Source: Candidatus Pacearchaeota archaeon | GTDB lineage: Archaea > Nanobdellota > Nanobdellia > Pacearchaeales > GW2011-AR1 | NCBI GenBank assembly: GCA_050124795.1 | Contig: JASFEO010000010.1 | Location: forward strand, 1-43,321 | DNA: 43,321 nucleotides | Reading direction: 5' to 3' | In this document: in pieces, positions 19,114-27,890 of the stretch | Layout: every line of letters starts with the position of its first letter | Position numbering within the stretch: position 1 is the stretch's first letter | Notes under the pieces: generated by a model | Databases searched by the model: none | The model's input: only the letters and a program-made list of their open reading frames with translations | What the model was told of the DNA's origin: nothing | Translations under genes and position numbers: made by a program

Positions 19114-20058
19114 TTAACTTAATCTTGCGCTCTCAATTGAAACCACTTTTGCAGAATATTTGCTTGCAAGTTTTCCTGCTCTTTCAATACTCAAGCCATT
19201 TGTAATTCCGTAAAGAATTCCTGCAGCATACATGTCTCCTGCTCCGTTTGTGTTGGCAAGTTTTACTTGAAAAGGATTTACTTTATAGATTTCTTTTTTA
19301 TGTTTTATTAAACTTCCTCTTTCTCCTAATTTTACAACTGCAGTTTCGCAATAGTTTGAGAGTTCATTTAATGCACCTTCATCTTCTTTATTTGTGAATG
19401 CCCTTGCTTCTTCTTCATTTGCAAAGACTATATCAACATAATCGCCAAGCAAATTTTCTAAATTAAAAGTTTTTTCAACTAGTTTTGGACTTGATAAATC
19501 CAAAGAGACTTTTGTTTTATTTTGTTTTGCGATTTCTATTGCATGAAAAAAAGATTCTCTAGTATCAGGGAATCTAAGCAAATACAATTCAGGATGAAAA
19601 ATTTTTGAATTAATTACTGCCTTTTCATCTAAATTGTTTTTTCTAAAATATGCAGCTGCGCCCAGGTCTGCTAAAAAAGTTCTTTCTTTATCCGGAGTTA
19701 TAAAAGTTATAGTGTTTCCGGTTTTTCTCTTTTGGTCTTGCAGAATAGAAACAATTATGTTTTTTTCTTTTAACTCTTTAATGAATTTTTGTCCATAAAA
19801 GTCAATTCCAACTTTTCCCATAAAGCAAGTTTTTCCGCCAAGATAATTTACTCCCCAGATTGTATTTGCAGAACTTCCTCCGCAGGAAATATTTTGAGGA
19901 GCGCCAAGTGTATTTAACATTTTTTCCATGCCCGGGCTATCAATAGAGTTTGAGTTTCCTTTGTCTATATTAAATCTCTTTAAAAATTCATCATCTACAT
20001 TATAAGTTAAATCAACAAGAGCATTTCCAATTCCAATCACATCAATTTCTTTTATCAT
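19114..20058 (-). CDS. PfkB/ribokinase-family kinase (adenosine kinase-like)
   Basis: GIGNALVD, GGSSANT, FANEEEA, NTNGAGDMYAAG. Confidence 0.9.
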   Translation of the reverse strand: MIKEIDVIGIGNALVDLTYNVDDEFLKRFNIDKGNSNSIDSPGMEKMLNTLGAPQNISCGGSSANTIWGVNYLGGKTCFMGKVGIDFYGQKFIKELKEKNIIVSILQDQKRKTGNTITFITPDKERTFLADLGAAAYFRKNNLDEKAVINSKIFHPELYLLRFPDTRESFFHAIEIAKQNKTKVSLDLSSPKLVEKTFNLENLLGDYVDIVFANEEEARAFTNKEDEGALNELSNYCETAVVKLGERGSLIKHKKEIYKVNPFQVKLANTNGAGDMYAAGILYGITNGLSIERAGKLASKYSAKVVSIESARLS

Positions 20059-20079
20059 AAATTAAATTAATGAAAAGAT

Positions 20080-20122
20080 TTTATAAGGATTATTGTAATG
20101 CAAAGTAAACTTTGCAATTAAA
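20080..20122 (-). repeat. Intergenic repeat copy 3
   Basis: TTTATAAGGATTATTGTAATGCAAAGTAAACTTTGCAATTAAA; one substitution and one loop insertion relative to copy 1. Confidence 0.93.
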
Positions 20123-20123
20123 A

Positions 20124-20723
20124 TTATGAAATTTGCATTTTATACATCACTCTTGGGACATATGGTTTGAATTTTGAATCAGTTACCCTTAAGTTTGAGT
20201 AGCCTCTTGCTTTTTGCAGTTCTGCCCATTTTTGAATACTTTCTCTTGGATGCTCATAGGCTCTGCAAATCCATTGATTAAATTGTTCCCGATTTAATAT
20301 ATCTCCTCCTAAAAAATGAAAATTTTGAGGACTTGACTGAATTAGAAAACCTTCAGGATTTCCTTCAAAATCCCCCCATATCCCTTTAAGAATTATTCTT
20401 GTTCCTGCTAAAATTTCTTCCACAGTTCCTTTTAATTCATCAATATCTAACTGTCTCAGATGACCTTTTTTTCCATTCCTTAATTCAACATAAGAGTTTA
20501 TTCCATTTACTGTTGTGCGTCCATTATCTTTATCAAAATAACTTTCGTCTAAATGAACAGAAGAAATTATTTTGTGGTCACGCTCAATCCTTGAAGGAGT
20601 GGAGTAATCTCCTGGAATTTGCACATAACTATCAAACCTGAAATATTCTATTTCATTTTTTCTGGCTATTTCTTCTAACATTGTTTTTGTTGTTTTTTCA
20701 GTAGGATAAAATCTAATTCTCAT
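20124..20723 (-). CDS. Hypothetical protein, possibly a minimal archaeo-eukaryotic primase (AEP)-superfamily member
   Basis: HLRQLDID (DxD), IQSSPQNFHF (S..H), GYSNLRV; start moved to ATG 20723. Confidence 0.5.
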   Translation of the reverse strand: MRIRFYPTEKTTKTMLEEIARKNEIEYFRFDSYVQIPGDYSTPSRIERDHKIISSVHLDESYFDKDNGRTTVNGINSYVELRNGKKGHLRQLDIDELKGTVEEILAGTRIILKGIWGDFEGNPEGFLIQSSPQNFHFLGGDILNREQFNQWICRAYEHPRESIQKWAELQKARGYSNLRVTDSKFKPYVPRVMYKMQIS

Positions 20724-20773
20724 ATTTTTGAAATAGAAAAACACTTTAAATAGATTATTCTAATTGATTATAT

Positions 20774-22129
20774 ATGTTAAAACCAAAAAAAGGCGAAGTC
20801 AGAAAGCCGACAAAGACGATTTCAGGAATTACTCCTGTTGCAGTTATGCTTCCTCCCCGAAGTTGTGAACATGGCAGTTGCATTTATTGTCCCAATTTAG
20901 ATGTGCCTCAAAGTTATACTCCGAAGAGTCCTGTTGTTTTGCGCGCTGCGTCAGTTAATTATGATTCTTATAAACAAGTTCGCGCGAGAATAAAAGCATT
21001 TGAAGCAATGAATCACAAGACTGAAAAAATTGAAATTATAATTATGGGGGGAACTTTTTTAGAATATCTAGGAAGATTTCAAAATGAATTTATCAAAGGA
21101 ATTTATGACGGACTAAACAACAAGAAAAGTAAAACTTTAAGTGAAGCGCAAAAATTAAATGAAAAAGCAAAACATCGCTGCGTTGCACTTTGCATTGAAA
21201 CTCGCCCGGATAAAATTGATATTGAGAAAATGAGAAAATGGGGGGCAACAAGAGTTGAACTTGGAGTTCAAATTATTGACAATGAAATTTATAAAATTGT
21301 AAAACGAGGCCATACAGTTAAAGATGTTGTAACCGCTACGAGAAAATTAAAAAATTCCGGATTTAAAATAGGATATCATATAATGCCGGGACTTCCCGGG
21401 GCAAATCCAAAAAAAGATTTAAAACTTTTTAAGAAATTATTTTCTGATTCTCGTTTTCGTCCTGATCAATTAAAAGTTTATCCATGTCAGGTCATGCCGG
21501 GAAGTGAACTTGAAAGATTATATTGGGATAAAAAATATTCTCCTTATTCAAAAGAAAAAATAGAAAAACTTCTTGTTCAGATGTTAAAACTTGTTCCAAG
21601 ATATTGCCGCGTTATGAGAGTTATGAGAGAAATTCCTCCGGAGTTTTTAGTTGCAGGAACAAAAAGAATTGATTTACGTCGGGAGATTGAAAAAGAACTT
21701 AGAAAAAAGAAGACTAAAATTAAAGAGATTCGCTATAGGGAAATTGGTTTTAATAAGAATGATATTGAAACAAATTTAAAATTAAAAGTTACTAAGTATA
21801 AAGCATCCCGAGGAGAAGAATATTTTTTAGAAATTGTAAATAAAGAAGAGATTTTATTCGGGTTATTAAGATTAAGAATCCACGAGGATAAAGCAATTAT
21901 TCGTGAACTTCATGTTTATGGTCCTTCCTTAAATCTCGGAGAAACAGGAATTTTGTCACAGCATAAAGGAATCGGAAAATGCTTAATTAACGAAGCTGAA
22001 AAAATTACAAAGAAAATTAAAATAAAAAAATTAAAAATCATTTCTGGAATTGGTGTGAGGGAATATTATAGAAAATTTGGGTATAGATTAAAAAATACTT
22101 ATATGGAAAAAAATTTAATTGCCTTTTAA
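20774..22129 (+). CDS. elp3: tRNA uridine(34) acetyltransferase Elp3 (radical SAM + GNAT)
   Basis: CEHGSCIYC, GGTF, IETRPD, RVELGVQ, IRELHVYG, QHKGIG. Confidence 0.95.
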   Translation: MLKPKKGEVRKPTKTISGITPVAVMLPPRSCEHGSCIYCPNLDVPQSYTPKSPVVLRAASVNYDSYKQVRARIKAFEAMNHKTEKIEIIIMGGTFLEYLGRFQNEFIKGIYDGLNNKKSKTLSEAQKLNEKAKHRCVALCIETRPDKIDIEKMRKWGATRVELGVQIIDNEIYKIVKRGHTVKDVVTATRKLKNSGFKIGYHIMPGLPGANPKKDLKLFKKLFSDSRFRPDQLKVYPCQVMPGSELERLYWDKKYSPYSKEKIEKLLVQMLKLVPRYCRVMRVMREIPPEFLVAGTKRIDLRREIEKELRKKKTKIKEIRYREIGFNKNDIETNLKLKVTKYKASRGEEYFLEIVNKEEILFGLLRLRIHEDKAIIRELHVYGPSLNLGETGILSQHKGIGKCLINEAEKITKKIKIKKLKIISGIGVREYYRKFGYRLKNTYMEKNLIAF

Positions 22130-22912
22130 CTCTTCCATTTCATCTTCAATTTGCTTCATCTTTTTCTTGACGTCGTCAACTAAATCTTTCTTTTTCTTTT
22201 TTGGTTTTCCTTTTGAATCCATTTCATCAAGAATAGTATCAAGTTTTTCTTTTCCTTTTTTTCTTTTAGTAACACTCATTTTCTTCATTGCCAAAAAAGA
22301 AATAAAACTTATCATTAACAAAATAACAAGACCGGTTCCATAATAAAATGTCCTTCCTGAAGAAGCATGTTCCTCAGCAACAGAACTTCCGGTTAATTCC
22401 TTGTTTTCCATTTCTTTGTCCTCGATAACTTCTGTTTCATCAGAAACAACTTCTGATCCATTCTCAATTGTTGTTTCATTTTCATCAATTGTTTCATTCA
22501 AAGATAATAATTCTTCTTCAGATTCCGCGCCCCCGACAAGAGGTTCAAGGGGGGCAAACCAATCCGGGTAAAGATCTAAATTTATTGACTCTCCTGCAAC
22601 TTCTCCATAAGATTTGTAAGGATTATCAAAACTTGAATGCTTTAGCAATTCCCCATCTTTTTTTATTGTTATTATTAAATCATATTCATCGGTATTTATC
22701 GGGAAGGCAAATATTGCGTCTCCATATTCGTTTGATGTCTTTTTAAAAAACTTCCAGTTATTTCCCTCGCCGCTAGATTCTCCTATAGCAACATTAACCT
22801 CGTACCCTGGCATTGTCTTTATTCCTATTTCAGTTTCAAGAGCGGATACAAAATTCACTAATAAACATAATAATAAAATTCCAGAAATTATTTTCCTCTT
22901 TTTTGTTTGCAT
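22115..22912 (-). CDS. Type I membrane/surface protein
   Basis: Signal peptide ending VSA, acidic linker, TM helix, basic cytoplasmic tail. Confidence 0.75.
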   Translation of the reverse strand: MQTKKRKIISGILLLCLLVNFVSALETEIGIKTMPGYEVNVAIGESSGEGNNWKFFKKTSNEYGDAIFAFPINTDEYDLIITIKKDGELLKHSSFDNPYKSYGEVAGESINLDLYPDWFAPLEPLVGGAESEEELLSLNETIDENETTIENGSEVVSDETEVIEDKEMENKELTGSSVAEEHASSGRTFYYGTGLVILLMISFISFLAMKKMSVTKRKKGKEKLDTILDEMDSKGKPKKKKKDLVDDVKKKMKQIEDEMEELKGN

Positions 22913-23181
22913 TTCTTTTTTAAGAAAAGATTATTTAAAAATTCTTCTATTTATTGCATCTGCTAGTGCATATTTTCCCGAATAGATATTTATCCCAGAT
23001 AAAAGAATAATTAAGTCCTATTAATTTTTTCCATAAAAATTTTATCGTCTGAAAAAAATCATTGCCTTTCTCATGTTAGCGAGTATTATTTATTAATCTG
23101 AAAAACTATAGTCTGAAAAATCTAAAAGTTTATAAACAAAGTTTTCATAATATTATCAACAATAATCAAAAGGGGATAAAA

Positions 23182-23379
23182 ATGGACAAAGAAAAAATTG
23201 TGGTGATTTTGCTTTTGGCAACGATAATCTTGTCGATTGCGTCAATTGCAGTGACTTTTAATTTTAATTCAGATAATATTTTTAATTTTAAAACAAATAA
23301 TGCAGTTAGTGGAAATAATGGCGGCAATGTAAAACTTGCAATAGAGAGTGCACCGGGGGCAGCAGATGAAAACAACTGA
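23182..23379 (+). CDS. Small membrane-anchored protein
   Basis: N-terminal TM helix, SD-like GGGGA; first gene of the surface cluster. Confidence 0.7.
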   Translation: MDKEKIVVILLLATIILSIASIAVTFNFNSDNIFNFKTNNAVSGNNGGNVKLAIESAPGAADENN

Positions 23380-23965
23380 TGCATTAATGCTTGTTGCAGT
23401 TGTTGCAGTCGCGCTTTCTACAGTTAATCTAATTATTACAGTTAATAAAATTGGGGATTTTAAAATTCTCTCAGGTTTTGTAACTGATACTGGTGTTGCT
23501 AATCTAACAATTCAATCAAATGTTAATGTTAATTTTACAACTGCTAACATAACCTGGGGGACTGGTTATGTTAATTCAACACTCCCTTCAGCAGAATTAA
23601 CAACCCAGGGAATTATGAACGGGACAGGTTGGAACAATGTAACAAGCGGTCTTATCCTTGAAAATATTGGAAATGAGAATGTTAATTTAACTTTATATGC
23701 ATCAAAAGCTGCGCTTGCTTTTCTTGGTTCGGCAACAGCAGTGTTTGAATGGAATACAACTGAAGCAGAAGCAGGGTCATGTCCAACACTATTAAACATT
23801 ACTGACTGGACAACTGTTACAACAGCAATGCAGCCAGCATGTGATAATTTTACATTTGATACAACTGATACAATAGAAATTGATTTGAGAGTAGTTATCC
23901 CGGAGGATGCCTCAGTAGGTGATAAAGGAGTAACAATTACTGCTAATGCAGAAACTCTTCCATAA
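23366..23965 (+). CDS. Secreted beta-rich protein, candidate fibre/pilin subunit
   Basis: Signal-like N-terminus, LSGFV motif, LENIGNENVNLT, many N-x-S/T sequons, terminal strand GVTITANA. Confidence 0.6.
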   Translation: MKTTDALMLVAVVAVALSTVNLIITVNKIGDFKILSGFVTDTGVANLTIQSNVNVNFTTANITWGTGYVNSTLPSAELTTQGIMNGTGWNNVTSGLILENIGNENVNLTLYASKAALAFLGSATAVFEWNTTEAEAGSCPTLLNITDWTTVTTAMQPACDNFTFDTTDTIEIDLRVVIPEDASVGDKGVTITANAETLP

Positions 23966-24012
23966 TAATTATTTTTAGCAAATTATAAAAACATCTTTTT
24001 TATTTTAATATA

Positions 24013-25152
24013 ATGAAAAGAGGGATATTCAAAGTTATATTCGTTGTAATTATTGTTTTAATTTTCCTAAATAAAATTTCTGCGCTTGGAGTAATGCCTG
24101 GAAGATATGAAATTAATTTTCAACCAAATTCAAAAATAACAATCCCCTATCAGGTTCTTGAAGATGACCCCGCAAAAGAATTAAGTATTTCAATTGATGG
24201 AGAATTAGCAAAATACGCTAAATTAAGCAAAGATAAAATTAAGGGAAGTGAAAGTTTTACAGTTACATTAGAATTCCCCGGAGAAGTAGAAACGCCTGGC
24301 AAGAATGTTCTTTATGTAAGAGTAAAAGAAAAAGTAGATGATGAACTTGTAGAGGGAACAGTTGGAACTTCCGTATCAATAGGCGCAGCGATAGTTATTC
24401 ATGTTCCATATCCAGGAAAATTTTTAGAATTAGATCTTTCCTCAAATAATGCAAATGTTGGAGAGCCCATTGATTTTATTCTAAATGTAAAAAGTAAAGG
24501 AACAGATATAATTGTTATGAATCCGAAAATAAAAATTTATTCAGATAAAAATTTGATTGAAACCTTGCAATTTAATGAAAGAGAAATAAAAAGTCAGGAA
24601 GAAATAAAACTAAAAAAAACACTCGATACAACAACTTATAACCCGGGTAAATATAAGGGTATTGCAATTGTTGATTATCTGGATGATGTTGCAAAAGCAG
24701 AGCATGATTTTAGGATTGGGGAACTTGTAATTGATATTATTAATTATACTGATAAAATAAAAATAGGGGGGATAAGAGCATTTGAAATAAATATTGCAAG
24801 CGGCTGGAATAACAAAATAGACGGAGCCTACGCAACTGTTTCGATATTGAATGAAACAAAGCCAATTATTGAGTTTAAAACCGATACTGAAAGTTTAATT
24901 CCTTGGGAAGAAAAGACAATTGTCGGGCATTTCGATTCAACAAATTTTGAAGAAGGAATTTATGATGCAAATATAACCTTGATATACTTTGGAAAAGATC
25001 AGGGACGAAGCACAAGTGAAATTGTAAAGGTTGAATTCGTAAAGGAAACTAGTGTGGTAATCATCGCATCAATTGTATTCGGAATAATCTTAATCGCAGG
25101 AATTGCATTCTTGTTATGGAGACATTTTAAAAATGGAAAAAAGAAAAAATAA
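24013..25152 (+). CDS. Surface protein with Ig-like domains and C-terminal TM
   Basis: Signal peptide (ISA-LGV), beta-rich domains, TM helix + KNGKKKK. Confidence 0.75.
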   Translation: MKRGIFKVIFVVIIVLIFLNKISALGVMPGRYEINFQPNSKITIPYQVLEDDPAKELSISIDGELAKYAKLSKDKIKGSESFTVTLEFPGEVETPGKNVLYVRVKEKVDDELVEGTVGTSVSIGAAIVIHVPYPGKFLELDLSSNNANVGEPIDFILNVKSKGTDIIVMNPKIKIYSDKNLIETLQFNEREIKSQEEIKLKKTLDTTTYNPGKYKGIAIVDYLDDVAKAEHDFRIGELVIDIINYTDKIKIGGIRAFEINIASGWNNKIDGAYATVSILNETKPIIEFKTDTESLIPWEEKTIVGHFDSTNFEEGIYDANITLIYFGKDQGRSTSEIVKVEFVKETSVVIIASIVFGIILIAGIAFLLWRHFKNGKKKK

Positions 25153-25549
25153 TTTAATTGTTTTATTATCGGTTTTAAGCATTTTAATTTTTATATTAGT
25201 CTTTTATTTGAATTCAAAATTGATTTTAGAAAAAAGAGAGATTATAGCGACGCTTGAAGTTGGAAACAGAAGTGGTTTTGATACGAATGCAACTGCGCTG
25301 ACTTTTGGAATTGTCAGACCCGGTTCATCTGCTTCGAGGAATATTGAAATCGCAAATGACTATTCTTTTCCTGTTAAATTTGAATTTTCTGCAAAAGGAA
25401 ATATAAAAGATTTTTTAGTATATGACAAAACAGTTTATTTAAATGAAGGTGAAAAAAAGAAAGTGAGCATATCAACAATTGATCCCTGGGTGGCAGAGTT
25501 TGGAAATTATTCGGGAAAAGTTATTGTTTTAATTAAAAGAGATTTTTAA
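25133..25549 (+). CDS. Membrane-anchored Ig-like protein
   Basis: N-terminal TM; LTFGIVRPGSSASRNIEIAN; start moved to ATG 25133. Confidence 0.7.
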   Translation: MEKRKNNLIVLLSVLSILIFILVFYLNSKLILEKREIIATLEVGNRSGFDTNATALTFGIVRPGSSASRNIEIANDYSFPVKFEFSAKGNIKDFLVYDKTVYLNEGEKKKVSISTIDPWVAEFGNYSGKVIVLIKRDF

Positions 25550-25670
25550 GTAAAATTTTAGAGGTCAACTTAATTAATTTTTATACATCTAAATTTATTA
25601 AAGAAATTATGTAGTTAAGTTTTTATAAGGCATTTGTTTAATTTATCTATTCGACCAAGGGGGCAAAAAT

Positions 25671-27665
25671 ATGAAAAAAAGAGTGATGATTGCACTGATG
25701 ATTTTGTTTATTTTAATTTATGCAATAAATTTGAGTATTATATTTTCATCAGAGAATATCCTACATCCATTAACCGGAGCAGGAATTACTGCTTCAGTGG
25801 CCCTTACAATTACTGAGCCAGGAGCAACGATAATAATTTATTCTCCATTAAATCAAACATATAATTTTAGTGTTGGGGATAATTACACTTTAGATTTAAA
25901 TGTAAGCGCAGATTTTAATGTAAGCTCATGGAGTTATGATTTATGGGATTTAAAACATAATGAATTAGTCAATAATAGTGTTGCATTTTCTCCTAACACA
26001 ACATTTAATGCAGTTCGGTGGTCAAATGAATTAATAGTTTATGCAGTAAAGCAAAATACTTCAGAAATAATAAATGCCTCTGTTATTTTTTATATAGAAG
26101 TGCCAAACTCTGCTCCTTATTTTAGTCCTGTTAATTCATCAATTTATGTTTGCGAAGATACTCCTCTAAGTTACCTATTTAATGTTACTGATGTTGATGA
26201 AGAGGTTCTTCAATTAGCTTTAACTCCAACTAATCCCTTTTATCTTGATACAATTTTCACTTCCTCAAGCGCGCAGACTTCTATAATTGAACTATTCTCA
26301 GGGGTAATAAGTGAAAGCGATACAATAAGCGGAGCTAATAATTGGAGGGTTTATGATGAAAGGATTGAAGTTACTGACGGGGATCACTCAGATACTGCAT
26401 ATACAAATATAACTGCAATTGGAATTAATGATGCGCCTTCAGTTGAAACAATCGGAGTTCAAACAGTTCAAACAAAGGGGGATAATTCAACATTCTTCGA
26501 AATAGTTTCTGTTAGTGATGAAGAAAATGGAAATGAAAATTCTACTGGAATTAATTTTAATATTAGTTATATAAATGGTTCCGCATTGGATTTATTTGGT
26601 ATAACAAATGAGGGAGTTATAAATTTCACACCTAATGAAAACCAAACAGGGGTTTATAATTTGACTATTTGTGTAAATGATACCGGGATTTCAAATCCTT
26701 TTGTGAATATTTCATATTGCGAACAAGATGGGGGGAGCATCACGCTATGTCAGAATTTTAGTTTAACTGTTACTGACACGAACAGGCCCCCGACAATCAC
26801 AAGTTATTACCCTGGAAGTTCATCATTTACTGTTAGCGGAACAACTCCCTTATATTTTAATGTGACAAATTATGATCCTGACTGGACAATTCCTGATACT
26901 TATTGGTATGTTGACGGAAGCTTAGCTGAATATGATTCAGGAGATTTAAATGAAGAATTTAGCTATACTTTTGGATGCGGAGTTTCAGGAATTAAAACTG
27001 TTACTGCAGAAATCACAGATGGATTAGAAAATGATTCTGTTTCATGGACTGTAACAGTAACTGAGGTTGAATGCCCAGTTCCGGAAGAAGGCGGGGGAGG
27101 CGGAGGGGGAGGCGGAGGAGGACCTACTTGCGCTGAAAAATGGGCGTGCTCTATTTGGGGGATCTGTCAGAGCGCTGCAAAATCTCTTGATACAGGATTA
27201 CTGTCTGGATACGATTATAGAAATATTCTGGATGAATGCGCAGATATCGGGCTAAGTGTGGAATCATGCGGAATACAAACAAGAGTCTGTTTTGATTCTT
27301 CGTTTTGCAATACAACCTATACAAAGCCAACAGAATTCCAGACCTGTTATTATACCGCAGTCCCTGATTGCAATGACGGAATAAAAAACTGCCACGATGG
27401 CGCGTGCGAGTTGCTGATTGATTGCGGGGGTCCGTGTTCTCCCTGTCCTTCATGTTCAGATAAAATAAAAAATCAGGGAGAAGAAGGTGTTGATTGCGGG
27501 GGACCATGTCCCTGGAGATGTGAAGGAGTAATCGCAGTTGCAAAAGGGATCAAACCAATCTATATTTATTTAATGCTATTGGTATTGCTAATTTTAATAA
27601 TACTTGTAATAATTAAGATCAGAAGAATTTTAAGATATAGAAAAAGTATAAATGGAAATATTTAA
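25671..27665 (+). CDS. Surface glycoprotein with cadherin/Ig-like repeats, poly-Gly hinge, Cys-rich repeats and C-terminal TM
   Basis: NSAP/NDAP/NRPP repeat linkers; poly-Gly tract; DCGGPC x2. Confidence 0.82.
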   Translation: MKKRVMIALMILFILIYAINLSIIFSSENILHPLTGAGITASVALTITEPGATIIIYSPLNQTYNFSVGDNYTLDLNVSADFNVSSWSYDLWDLKHNELVNNSVAFSPNTTFNAVRWSNELIVYAVKQNTSEIINASVIFYIEVPNSAPYFSPVNSSIYVCEDTPLSYLFNVTDVDEEVLQLALTPTNPFYLDTIFTSSSAQTSIIELFSGVISESDTISGANNWRVYDERIEVTDGDHSDTAYTNITAIGINDAPSVETIGVQTVQTKGDNSTFFEIVSVSDEENGNENSTGINFNISYINGSALDLFGITNEGVINFTPNENQTGVYNLTICVNDTGISNPFVNISYCEQDGGSITLCQNFSLTVTDTNRPPTITSYYPGSSSFTVSGTTPLYFNVTNYDPDWTIPDTYWYVDGSLAEYDSGDLNEEFSYTFGCGVSGIKTVTAEITDGLENDSVSWTVTVTEVECPVPEEGGGGGGGGGGGPTCAEKWACSIWGICQSAAKSLDTGLLSGYDYRNILDECADIGLSVESCGIQTRVCFDSSFCNTTYTKPTEFQTCYYTAVPDCNDGIKNCHDGACELLIDCGGPCSPCPSCSDKIKNQGEEGVDCGGPCPWRCEGVIAVAKGIKPIYIYLMLLVLLILIILVIIKIRRILRYRKSINGNI

Positions 27666-27714
27666 ATAGTTACTTTTGGTAACTATTAGTTACATTAGGT
27701 AACTTGGGGTAACT
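27661..27714 (+). promoter_or_regulatory. TATA box followed by phased AGTTAC/GTAACT operator array
   Basis: TTTAAATA 27661-68; AGTTAC at 27668 and 27688; GTAACT at 27679, 27699 and 27709. Confidence 0.7.
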
Positions 27715-27716
27715 TG

Positions 27717-27890
27717 ATGGGGAAAAAAATAAAGATTAAAGATTCTGCTGTAAAAATTGATTCAGTTCTACTTGCAAAGGTCGAAGAATTTATTTGTAAA
27801 GAAGAAAATCGCCTTAGGTTCGTAAACAAAAAACAATTGATTGATTTGGCAGTTCATGAATATCTAAATAAAATGGAGGGTGCAAAATGA
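27717..27890 (+). CDS. Ribbon-helix-helix (CopG/MetJ/Arc-like) DNA-binding protein, 57 aa, not in ORF track
   Basis: MGKKIKIKDSAVKIDSVLLAKVEEFICKEENRLRFVNKKQLIDLAVHEYLNKMEGAK; ATGA overlap with the giant surface gene. Confidence 0.75.
   Translation: MGKKIKIKDSAVKIDSVLLAKVEEFICKEENRLRFVNKKQLIDLAVHEYLNKMEGAK

Noticed and set aside
18532-20122. Palindromic repeats as a CRISPR array or classical integron attC sites
   Set aside because: The spacers are whole genes of about 0.5-1 kb, there are no cas or integron integrase genes in the window, and no RYYYAAC/GTTRRRY cores are evident
27091-27122. G-rich tract as G-quadruplex or DNA repeat
   Set aside because: Explained by the poly-Gly linker of the surface protein
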